Below are positions 1 through 6,814 of a DNA stretch of 15,935 nt, piece after piece (position 1 is the stretch's first letter; each line of letters opens with the position of its first letter). The stretch is taken from positions 1 to 15,935 of the forward strand of contig PLCF01000013.1 in assembly GCA_003135555.1 (NCBI GenBank). The letters run 5' to 3'. Under the pieces are notes generated by a model. That model had not been told where the DNA came from. It made no database searches and saw nothing but the letters and a program-made list of their open reading frames with translations. The DNA is from Vulcanimicrobiota bacterium (GTDB lineage: Bacteria; Vulcanimicrobiota; Vulcanimicrobiia; Vulcanimicrobiales; Vulcanimicrobiaceae). Position numbers and translations under genes: made by a program.

Positions 1-24
1 ACGAGCGTCAGCGAGACGAGACTA

Positions 25-96
25 CTGGGGCGGCTGGATTCGAACCAACGAATGGCGGATTCAAAGCCCGCTGCCTTACCACTTGGCGACGCCCCA
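25..96 (-). tRNA. tRNA-Gln (anticodon UUG), CCA not encoded
   Basis: Reverse complement reads TGGGGCG-TC-GCCAAGTGGTAAGGC-A-GCGGG-CTTTGAA-TCCGC-CATT-CGTTGG TTCGAAT CCAGC-CGCCCCA-G. It has a 7-bp acceptor stem, D-loop GG, anticodon TTG and a TTCGAAT T-loop. The discriminator G is followed by TAG, not CCA. Confidence 0.97.
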
Positions 97-151
97 ACGG
101 TGCGCCGCGAGAATTCGCGCCGTGGCCCGGGTTCCCTCGCCGCGCCCGCCG

Positions 152-550
152 TCAGCGCTCGAGCCGGAAGAGCCGGTCGGCGATCGGGCTGACGCAGGGG
201 ATCGCGAACAGCTCGCCTTTGAGCGCGCGCTCGCGGTACGACAGCGAGAGGCCGAGCACGACCAACGCGCCGACCAGATCCGCCAACAGCCCCAGCGCGT
301 AGATCCACACGACCGCGGCGGTGGAGCCGCCGAGCGGTGGGATCGCCACGATCAACAGCAGCGGGATCGCGAGCAGCACGAGATACCCGAGCGTCGCAGC
401 TATCCCGTACACGAATGCCTGGCGCGCGTGCAGCCGCGACCACGCCGTCGCGCCCGCCGTCTCACGAAACAGTTCGAGCACCGCGAGCGGCCACACGATG
501 TACGCATTGGCCGCTCGCTGCTCGAGATCCGAGGTCTCGCCGCTGTTCAC
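152..550 (-). CDS. Small integral membrane protein, DUF4870-like
   Basis: 132-aa ORF with about 3 hydrophobic segments. The pattern 'A..AY..W...' then 'RLHARQA' and a C-terminal 'A.KGE.F.IP.V' resembles DUF4870/Tic20-like proteins (from memory, not searched). Confidence 0.7.
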   Translation of the reverse strand: MNSGETSDLEQRAANAYIVWPLAVLELFRETAGATAWSRLHARQAFVYGIAATLGYLVLLAIPLLLIVAIPPLGGSTAAVVWIYALGLLADLVGALVVLGLSLSYRERALKGELFAIPCVSPIADRLFRLER

Positions 551-568
551 CGCGACGAGGGTTCGACG

Positions 569-1222
569 TTACTGGACGAAGCGCTTGGCGCCGACGTAGC
601 GCGGGGCCCAGTACGAATCGTGAAGGCTGGAGACCCGCACGCCGCGGCTCGACGCGTGGACGAACTTGTCGTCGCCCAGCGAGATGCCGACGTGCGAGAC
701 GCCGGGGGCGTAGGTGTGGAAGAACACCAGGTCGCCGGCCCTAGGCTGGCCCGAGAAACTCTTGCCGGCGTAGTATTGTGAGTCGGCCATGCGCGGCAGC
801 TGGACCCCGGCGAGGGCGAAGACGTGCTGGACGTAGCCCGAGCAGTCGAAGCCGTAGACCGACGTGCCGCCGAAGACGTACCGGACCCCCAGGAACTTCA
901 TCGCATTGCGGGTGAGGGTGGAGGCCATCGCCACGCCGCGGGCCGCGATTCCGCTGGCCAGCTTCTGGACGTGGACGAGGCGCAATAGGCGGTGCTTCGC
1001 CGTGGTCGCGCCGGGGGCCGGCGCTTCGTCAGCGGCCGGGGGGGCGACATTCCACATGACGAGATCGGCGCCGTCGGTAGGCGCCGCGGCCTCGGTGCTC
1101 GTCACGGACGTCGTCGCGACGGCCGGAGCACCCGGTTCGCCGGGCTCCGTCGCGCTTGCGATCGCCGGCACACCAGCCGACAGGATGCAAACGAAAAACC
1201 CGGTGAGGATGGAACGATGCAA
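569..1222 (-). CDS. Secreted NlpC/P60 (peptidase C40) cell-wall hydrolase
   Basis: C-terminal YVFGG...FDCSG (catalytic Cys), GDLVFF, HVGI, FVHAS. N-terminal signal peptide ending in A-S-A, then a low-complexity Ala/Pro/Thr linker. Start moved from GTG 1240 to TTG 1222 because AAGGAG lies 5 nt upstream and 1240 falls inside the riboswitch. Confidence 0.93.
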   Translation of the reverse strand: MHRSILTGFFVCILSAGVPAIASATEPGEPGAPAVATTSVTSTEAAAPTDGADLVMWNVAPPAADEAPAPGATTAKHRLLRLVHVQKLASGIAARGVAMASTLTRNAMKFLGVRYVFGGTSVYGFDCSGYVQHVFALAGVQLPRMADSQYYAGKSFSGQPRAGDLVFFHTYAPGVSHVGISLGDDKFVHASSRGVRVSSLHDSYWAPRYVGAKRFVQ

Positions 1223-1227
1223 GACTG

Positions 1228-1358
1228 CTCCTTCTTCCACACGTACGGGGTTAGTTGACGGGTTCGGACGGAAGAATCGCCCGCGCGCCGACCGGCGCGT
1301 TCACCCCTGCCTGGGTAGTCCCCCGCTCCGGTGCCTGCTTGCACCGGACTCCGTGATC
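1228..1358 (-). ncRNA. c-di-AMP riboswitch (ydaO/yuaA class)
   Basis: Minus strand reads CACGGAGTCC[GGTGC..GCACC]GGAGCGGGGGAC...GGGGTGAA[CGCGCCG..CGGCGCG]CGGGCGA-TTCTTCC-GTCCGAACCCGTCAACTAACCCCGTACGTG-TGGAAGAAGGAG. It matches the ydaO hallmarks (GGGGTGAA; CCGAACCCGTCARCTAACCCCGTA), the CACG/CGTG closing stem and the TTCTTCC/GGAAGAA pseudoknot. It sits upstream of an NlpC/P60 gene, a typical target class. Confidence 0.93.
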
Positions 1359-1515
1359 AGTTAGCAGGATGATGTGAGGATCCGGCAGAGCGCTACAGCG
1401 CTTCACCGCGACGACCCGAATCCCAGGGCCGTCGTCGTTGGGATAGGCGCTCCGGCCGGGCATCTCCTCCCCGGCCCGATCACCTAAGGTAAAGATCGGC
1501 AGGCCGGGCCCCAGC

Positions 1516-2868
1516 CTACACCCCCGCGACGGTCCGGATCGTCGCCGCGACGGCTTCGGCCACGGCCCGGGTCCGCGCGTCGTCGCCCGCCTCGACCATC
1601 ACCCGCACGAGCGATTCGGTGCCCGACGGGCGCACGAGTATGCGTCCGTCCGCCGCGAGCTCGCGCTGGGCGGCGGCGATCGCGACGAGCACCGCGGGGT
1701 GCTCCGCGATCGCCTTGTCGGTCACCCGCACGTTGAGCAGCACCTGCGGAAATACCGTGAGATCCGACGCCAGATCGCGCAGCGTGCGCCGCGTGCGCGC
1801 GGCGATCGCGAACAGCGTCACCGCCGTCATCGGCCCGTCGCCCGTCGTGCCTTGCGCGAGGTCGATCACGTGGCCCGACTGCTCGCCGCCGAAACGATAT
1901 CCGCCGCGCCGCATCGCTTCGAGCACGTACCGGTCGCCGACCGCCGCGCGCTCGAGGCGAATGGACGCGCGCCCGAGCGCTTTCTCGAAGCCCATGTTCG
2001 ACATCACGGTGCCGACCACGGTGTCGCCGGCCAGCTCGCCGCGGCGTTTGAGGTCCTGCGCGACGATGAGCATCACGTGGTCGCCGCTCAGGACGTCGCC
2101 GCTCTCGTCGATGAACAACGCGCGATCGGCGTCACCGTCGAAGGCCACGCCCACTACCGGTCCGGTCGAGCGCAGGATCTCCCCGCGCACCCGGTCGCGC
2201 AACACCGCGAGGTTCGTTGCTCCGCACTCGACGTTGATGCGGCTGCCGTCGTCTTCGCAGTGCAGCGCGACGACGCGCGCGCCGAGCCGTTCGAAGATTT
2301 TCGGGCCGACCAGATACGCCGCGCCGAAGGCCCCGTCCACCACGACCGTCCAGCCGGAAAGGTCGGCCCCCGCCGCGACGAGCTTGGCGAAGTAGTTGTC
2401 GATCAGGCCGCGCGTGTGCGTGACGATCCCGATGTCGAGCCCGGTCGGTCGCGGCAACTGCGCGTGCGCGTCGATGAGGGCCTCGATCTCGGCCTCGACG
2501 GCATCGGAGAGCTTGAACCCGTCGGCGCCGAAGAACTTGATCCCGTTGTCCTCGATCGGATTGTGCGACGCCGAGATCATCACGCCGGCAGCGGCTTCGA
2601 TGCTCGCGGTGATGGCGGCGACCGCCGGGGTCGGCACGATCCCGAGCTGCACGACGTTGCGCCCCGTCGACGTGATGCCCGCGACGATCGCACCCTCGAG
2701 CATCGGGCCCGAAAGCCGCGTGTCGCGGCCCAAGACGATCGGCTTCTCGAGCGGCTGCGCGTGCGCGATGACCGCGGCGCCGGCGCGGCCCAGCGCGTAT
2801 GCCAACTCGGGCGTGAGGTCCGCGTTGGCGACTCCGCGCACGCCGTCGGTCCCGAAGTATTTGCCCAC
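1516..2868 (-). CDS. glmM: Phosphoglucosamine mutase
   Basis: KYFGTDGVRG N-terminus, GVMISASHNP phosphoserine loop, FDGDADR metal site, GGEQSGH, RPSGTE. Canonical position after cdaA-cdaR. Confidence 0.97.
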   Translation of the reverse strand: MGKYFGTDGVRGVANADLTPELAYALGRAGAAVIAHAQPLEKPIVLGRDTRLSGPMLEGAIVAGITSTGRNVVQLGIVPTPAVAAITASIEAAAGVMISASHNPIEDNGIKFFGADGFKLSDAVEAEIEALIDAHAQLPRPTGLDIGIVTHTRGLIDNYFAKLVAAGADLSGWTVVVDGAFGAAYLVGPKIFERLGARVVALHCEDDGSRINVECGATNLAVLRDRVRGEILRSTGPVVGVAFDGDADRALFIDESGDVLSGDHVMLIVAQDLKRRGELAGDTVVGTVMSNMGFEKALGRASIRLERAAVGDRYVLEAMRRGGYRFGGEQSGHVIDLAQGTTGDGPMTAVTLFAIAARTRRTLRDLASDLTVFPQVLLNVRVTDKAIAEHPAVLVAIAAAQRELAADGRILVRPSGTESLVRVMVEAGDDARTRAVAEAVAATIRTVAGV

Positions 2869-2870
2869 GC

Positions 2871-3557
2871 TCAGCGCGTCGCCCGGGGCTGCGCGCCTTT
2901 GGACCCGATGAAGCGGGCTCGGACGCGCACGAGGTTCGGCGATACCTGCACGTCGCTGATCTCTGCGCCTTGCGCGTCGCTGGGTGCGGGGCGGATCATC
3001 TTGTCGAGCTCCTGCGGTTTGTCGGGCATCGGGATCTCGACCCGTACGGCGGTGACCCGCGACAGATCGGCCGCGACACCGCGGATGGTCGTCATCGTCG
3101 GGTCGACCTGCGCCGATTCCACGACGATCCCGCGCCGGTCGCCGACGTAGTCGATGCTCACCGGAACGCGGTGTTCCTCGACACGGTCCAGCGACAGCGT
3201 CACCGACGCGGGCGACAGCGACTTGATCGCGACGTCGGGCGAGACGATCTTGACCTGAACGTTGTGAAAGCCCGGGTCGACCAGATCGCCGATGTCGAGC
3301 ACCGCTTGCACCTGGTCGGGCTTCACCACCGTTCCATTGCGCGGAACCTCGATAACCACGGTCGCGACCTTGTCGGCGTAGCGCGCTTGGTATCCGGTCC
3401 GCAATCCGGTAACCACGATCGGAACCGCCAGCGTTTGGTCGAACCGCGCCGTCGTACCGGGCGCGGCGGCAAGGTGGAAATAGCCCCAGGCCGTCAGCGC
3501 GAGGCCGACTGCGAGGAGCTTAAGTCCGAAGTTGTTCTTGAGGAGGTTGAGCAGCAC
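2871..3557 (-). CDS. cdaR: CdaR/YbbR-family diadenylate cyclase regulator (about 2 YbbR domains)
   Basis: N-terminal 'NNFGLKLLAVGLALTAW' membrane anchor followed by beta-rich YbbR-type segments (VQAVLD, P.SVT..LD, RVPV, VDP..TI.G). Lies between cdaA and glmM. Confidence 0.85.
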   Translation of the reverse strand: MLLNLLKNNFGLKLLAVGLALTAWGYFHLAAAPGTTARFDQTLAVPIVVTGLRTGYQARYADKVATVVIEVPRNGTVVKPDQVQAVLDIGDLVDPGFHNVQVKIVSPDVAIKSLSPASVTLSLDRVEEHRVPVSIDYVGDRRGIVVESAQVDPTMTTIRGVAADLSRVTAVRVEIPMPDKPQELDKMIRPAPSDAQGAEISDVQVSPNLVRVRARFIGSKGAQPRATR

Positions 3558-4389
3558 GCGGGAACCTGGTCATCAGGTTGGCCAGGAGACCGCCGTCGGC
3601 CTGGAAGCGCCGGCGCGTCGGGCGGATGCAGGCGGCGAGCACGCGCCGCAGGCGTTCCTCGTCGTCGATCGGAACGGACAGCCGGCCCGCGCGGGCGACC
3701 GAGACGAGCCCGTTCTCCTCGCTCACGACGATGACGACCGCGTCGGTCTGCTCGGTCAAGCCGACCGCGGCACGGTGGCGCGTCCCGACGTGACGATCGA
3801 GCGCGATGGTGTTGTCGCTCAACGGCAAGAAGCAGGCAGCGCCCTCGATCACCAGGTCGCGCACGATCACGGCGCCGTCGTGCAGCGGTGAGGTCTTGTT
3901 GAAGATCGCCAGGAGCAGATCGAGCGACAGCCGCGCGTCGAGCGCCGCTCCGCTCTCGACGTATTCGCGCAAACCGGTCTGCTGCTCGATCACCACGAGC
4001 GCCCCGACGCGTTGCGCGGCCAGCACGAAGCTCGCCTGCGCGACGATGCGAATCTGTTCCGCGGCGATCTCGTCTTCGGCCCGGCGGTCGCGCACGAACA
4101 AACGCCCCCGGCCTAGCTGCTCGAGGCCGCGCCGGAGCTCGGGCTGGAACACGATCGGCAGCCCGACTGCGGTACCCAGCAGGAGGTACTGCATCACCGT
4201 GGCGAGGACGAGCAGGTGCAGCAAGTTGGAGACGGCGAGAATCACCACCAGCACGAACAGGCCGAGCATGATCTGGACCGCGCGAGTCCCCCGGATGAGG
4301 AGTAACAGATAGTACGTCAGGACCGACGTCGCGAGGATGTCGAACGCGTCGGTGACCGTGAAGTGGATCGCCAGCGGCGGCCAGGTCAC
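3520..4389 (-). CDS. cdaA: Membrane diadenylate cyclase CdaA (DacA), c-di-AMP synthase
   Basis: Three N-terminal TM helices, RGTRA, VFQPELRR.LE..G and an intact DAC domain with PLHDGA and GTRHRAA catalytic motifs, plus VSEE.G. Confidence 0.96.
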   Translation of the reverse strand: MTWPPLAIHFTVTDAFDILATSVLTYYLLLLIRGTRAVQIMLGLFVLVVILAVSNLLHLLVLATVMQYLLLGTAVGLPIVFQPELRRGLEQLGRGRLFVRDRRAEDEIAAEQIRIVAQASFVLAAQRVGALVVIEQQTGLREYVESGAALDARLSLDLLLAIFNKTSPLHDGAVIVRDLVIEGAACFLPLSDNTIALDRHVGTRHRAAVGLTEQTDAVVIVVSEENGLVSVARAGRLSVPIDDEERLRRVLAACIRPTRRRFQADGGLLANLMTRFPRAAQPPQEQLRT

Positions 4390-4718
4390 GGTGAAGACTC
4401 GCGCAGGTATGCTTCGATCACGCGCGTCGGATCGAGCTCCGGGTCGCCCAGTCCCGCCGCGGCGATCGCGGCCGCCTCGTCGAGCGCGAGCTCGCGTTCG
4501 GTTCGCGCCGCCACGAACACCGACTCGATCGCGACGAGATCGTCGATGAGCTCCGGGACCGTAACGGCGTCATCGAAGCGCACGGTGAGCGTCGGGCCGC
4601 TCTCGGCGACGTCGAGCACGCCGACCGGACCACCGGGCCCGCGCAACGCCTCGGCGACGTTCGCGCGTGCGAGCGGGTCGGCCAGGGTAACGCTGCGAGT
4701 CACGATCACGATCCCCAA
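4386..4718 (-). CDS. Hypothetical acidic protein, first gene of the cdaA operon
   Basis: 110-aa ORF with protein-like composition. Its TGA overlaps the cdaA GTG (GTGA, 4386-4389). Start is uncertain (TTG 4718, GTG 4709 or GTG 4703). Confidence 0.75.
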   Translation of the reverse strand: MGIVIVTRSVTLADPLARANVAEALRGPGGPVGVLDVAESGPTLTVRFDDAVTVPELIDDLVAIESVFVAARTERELALDEAAAIAAAGLGDPELDPTRVIEAYLRESSP

Positions 4719-4727
4719 GACGTTCGC

Positions 4728-5612
4728 GTGAGCGAGGACGGACTCCGCCGGGCGCGGGTGATCGCGGTCGGCCGCAACGCGGCATGGGTCGTCGCCGAGG
4801 ACGAGACGGAGCCCCGGCTGGCGTCGCTGCGCAAGGACGCCCGCCGTGAGATGGTCGCCCCGGGCGATCTGGTCGACGTGCGGGTGATCGCCGACGACCG
4901 CGTGCTGGTGGACGCGGTGATGCCGCGCAGCTTCGCCCTAATACGCCGCACCGGCGGAGGGCGGACCAAGACGATGGCCGCCAACGTCGACACGGTCGCC
5001 ATCGTCGCCGCGCTCGTCGACCCGCCCCTGCACCTCACGATGATCGATCAGCTCGTCGCCTTCGCGATGCAGCACGAGGTTGCGCCGCTGTTGTTGCTCA
5101 CCAAAGCGGATCTCGCCGGCGAGGCCGCCGCCGAACGGATCGCAACGCTGTATCGCAGCCTCGACGTACCGACCCTGGTGCTCCAGCCCAAGACGGGGCG
5201 CGGGATCGACGAGCTGCGCGCCCAAATCGCGGCCCGGCACTCACTGCTGGTGGGCAACTCCGGGGTCGGCAAGTCGAGCATCTTCCGGGCCTTGGGCGGG
5301 ATCGGCGTTGTCGGCGATCTGTCGCGCTTCGGCCGGGGCCGTCAGACGACGACCTCGGCGCGCCTGGTACGGCTCGGCGGCGGCTTCCTCATCGACAGCC
5401 CCGGAATCGGCGAGTTCACCCTCGACCCGATGCCCGCCACCGAGACCGGCTGGCTGTTCGTCGAGATGCGCGAGCCCGCCACGCGCTGCCGCTTCGCGGA
5501 CTGCCGCCACCTAACCGAGCCGGACTGCGCCGTGCGTGAAGCCGTGCAGGCCGGTCGCATCGCCGCGAGCCGCTACGCGTCCTATCGCGAGATCGTCGCA
5601 ACCGCGCCGTAG
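4728..5612 (+). CDS. rsgA: Ribosome small subunit-dependent GTPase A
   Basis: N-terminal OB fold (PGD.V), AANVD, circularly permuted GTPase order TKAD / GNSGVGKS / GRQTT / DSPG, and C-terminal zinc site CRFADCRH..EPDC. Confidence 0.96.
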   Translation: MSEDGLRRARVIAVGRNAAWVVAEDETEPRLASLRKDARREMVAPGDLVDVRVIADDRVLVDAVMPRSFALIRRTGGGRTKTMAANVDTVAIVAALVDPPLHLTMIDQLVAFAMQHEVAPLLLLTKADLAGEAAAERIATLYRSLDVPTLVLQPKTGRGIDELRAQIAARHSLLVGNSGVGKSSIFRALGGIGVVGDLSRFGRGRQTTTSARLVRLGGGFLIDSPGIGEFTLDPMPATETGWLFVEMREPATRCRFADCRHLTEPDCAVREAVQAGRIAASRYASYREIVATAP

Positions 5613-5626
5613 CAAGCGGCCGAGCC

Positions 5627-5655
5627 TTGTCGGCAGGGGCGAAAAGTGGTAGTCT
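5627..5655 (+). promoter_or_regulatory. Sigma70-type promoter of rpsT
   Basis: -35 TTGTCG (5627-5632), 17-nt spacer, extended TGn plus -10 TAGTCT (5650-5655). The GTG start follows after 7 nt. Confidence 0.75.
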
Positions 5656-5662
5656 ACGCTTC

Positions 5663-5911
5663 GTGCCCAACATCAAAGCCGCCGTCAAATGGGTGCGCCA
5701 AAGCGAAAAGCGCACGCTGCGGAACCTCGACACCAAGACCCGCCTCAAGACGCTCTTCAAGAAGGCGAAGGCGGCCAACGATCCGGCCGTTGCGGCGCGC
5801 GTCGAAGGACAATTCGACAAGGCCGCGAGCAAGGGGATCATCCACCCCAACAAGGCCGCGCGCAAGAAATCGCGCCTCGCCAAGGCGCTCGCGAAACAAC
5901 CCAAGGCCTGA
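5663..5911 (+). CDS. rpsT: 30S ribosomal protein S20
   Basis: MPNIKAAVKWVRQSEKR..RN...K..LKT..K and DKAASKGIIHPNKAARKKSRL are typical of S20. The start is GTG 5663 (M-P-N-I-K), not the ORF-track TTG 5627, which is the -35 box. Confidence 0.97.
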   Translation: MPNIKAAVKWVRQSEKRTLRNLDTKTRLKTLFKKAKAANDPAVAARVEGQFDKAASKGIIHPNKAARKKSRLAKALAKQPKA

Positions 5912-5942
5912 GGCGCGGCCCGAACGGCCGCCGGCTCGATGC

Positions 5943-5980
5943 ACGAAAGAGGCCGCCCATCGGGCGGCCTCTTCGCGTTT
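5943..5980. terminator. Bidirectional intrinsic terminator
   Basis: Perfect 12-bp inverted repeat AAGAGGCCGCCC (5947-5958) / GGGCGGCCTCTT (5962-5973) with short T-rich tails on both strands. Lies between the convergent rpsT and lipoprotein genes. Confidence 0.85.
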
Positions 5981-5995
5981 GGAGATCGGGCCGAG

Positions 5996-6814
5996 CTAGC
6001 AGGTGCTCACGGTCCCGGTCTGCGTGCCGCGCTTGCTTTGGGTGGAGCGTTTGGTCGACAAGAGGCACGGCGCGGGAGTCGGAGTCGGTGACGGCGTCGC
6101 GGTCGGCGCCGGGGTTGCCGTTGGAACCGCCGTCGGGCTCGGCGACGGGGTGGCCGTCGGTGCCGGAGTCGGCGAGGGGGTAGCCGTGGGTGTCGGCGAC
6201 GGGGTCGCGGTTGGGACCGGAGTCGGGGTGGCCGTTGGGGAGGCGGTGGGCGTGGCCGTCGGCGTCGCCCCGGGCGGCGGGACGCGGCCCGGCGTCGGGG
6301 TCGCCGTCGGAGCCGGCGTCGGCGTCGCGGTCGGGGTCGGCGTCGCAACGCCGGGGCAGCTGACCACGGCGACCGTCACGGATCCGGTATGGCCTCGCGC
6401 GTCGCGCAACGTGACCGTGGTCGTGCCCAGACCGACGGTCGCTACGTCGAACCAAAATGCCGGGCTGCCGTCAGGCATCCGTGGGTTGGTGCGGTTCCGT
6501 TCGGTGTCGGTGACGACCGTTACGACCTTCGTGTTCGCCGACTCCGCGTCGACGATGCGCTCGCCGTCGCTGTAGCCGTTGATGACGGCGTTGTAGCCCA
6601 GGCAGAGCTTATAGGTTGCGTCGGGCTCACCGCCGCGGCTGCCGCCGCCGCCCGAACTCGGCTGTCCGCCGACGTGGCACTGAATTTGGCGCACGGTGCC
6701 GGACGGGTCGACCGTCTGGTTCGCTGGGAGCAGTGTGCCCGCTCCGCGGCCGCCGCCCGAACAGGCGCTGAGAGCGGCCGCCAATGCGACCGCGAGCCAT
6801 CCATAGCTTCGCAC
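5996..6814 (-). CDS. Putative lipoprotein with beta-rich (Ig-like) domain and long Pro/Thr repeat
   Basis: Signal peptide with lipobox L-S-A-C18, Gly-rich tether, beta-strand domain (G.TTVT..D..G..G.V.V.V), then about 93 aa of PTATP/PSPT repeats. GGAGG lies 10 nt upstream of the GTG. Confidence 0.82.
   Translation of the reverse strand: MRSYGWLAVALAAALSACSGGGRGAGTLLPANQTVDPSGTVRQIQCHVGGQPSSGGGGSRGGEPDATYKLCLGYNAVINGYSDGERIVDAESANTKVVTVVTDTERNRTNPRMPDGSPAFWFDVATVGLGTTTVTLRDARGHTGSVTVAVVSCPGVATPTPTATPTPAPTATPTPGRVPPPGATPTATPTASPTATPTPVPTATPSPTPTATPSPTPAPTATPSPSPTAVPTATPAPTATPSPTPTPAPCLLSTKRSTQSKRGTQTGTVSTC
6068..6346 (-). repeat. Degenerate coding tandem repeat (PTATP/PSPTP units)
   Basis: The protein repeats PTATP many times while synonymous codon positions vary in the DNA. 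Confidence 0.9.

Noticed and set aside
1373..1388. Crp box starting TGTGA upstream of the riboswitch
   Set aside because: Only one half-site; the second half (GGCAG) does not resemble TCACA. No TGTGA-N6-TCACA was seen in the crp divergent spacer either.
1400..1460. glmS ribozyme downstream of glmM (AGCGCC present on the minus strand)
   Set aside because: The P1 stem and the GACGAGG and ATCGA...GCGG core elements are absent, and no glmS gene follows.
1251..1463. 70-aa minus-strand ORF preceded by GGAGGAG (possible leader peptide)
   Set aside because: The SD-like run directly abuts the ATG (too close), the ORF runs through the riboswitch, and the product has no protein-like features.
1619..3734. 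Long plus-strand ORFs (258, 483, 171 and 254 aa) opposite glmM/cdaR/cdaA
   Set aside because: Antisense shadow ORFs expected at this GC content, with no recognisable motifs.
5627..5662. 12-aa N-terminal extension of S20
   Set aside because: The TTG is the -35 element, and S20 proteins begin at M-[AP]-N-I-K.
6003..6575. Plus-strand Val/Gly repeat ORF, or a CRISPR-like repeat array
   Set aside because: It is the antisense shadow of the Pro/Thr codons, with no identical repeats separated by unique spacers.
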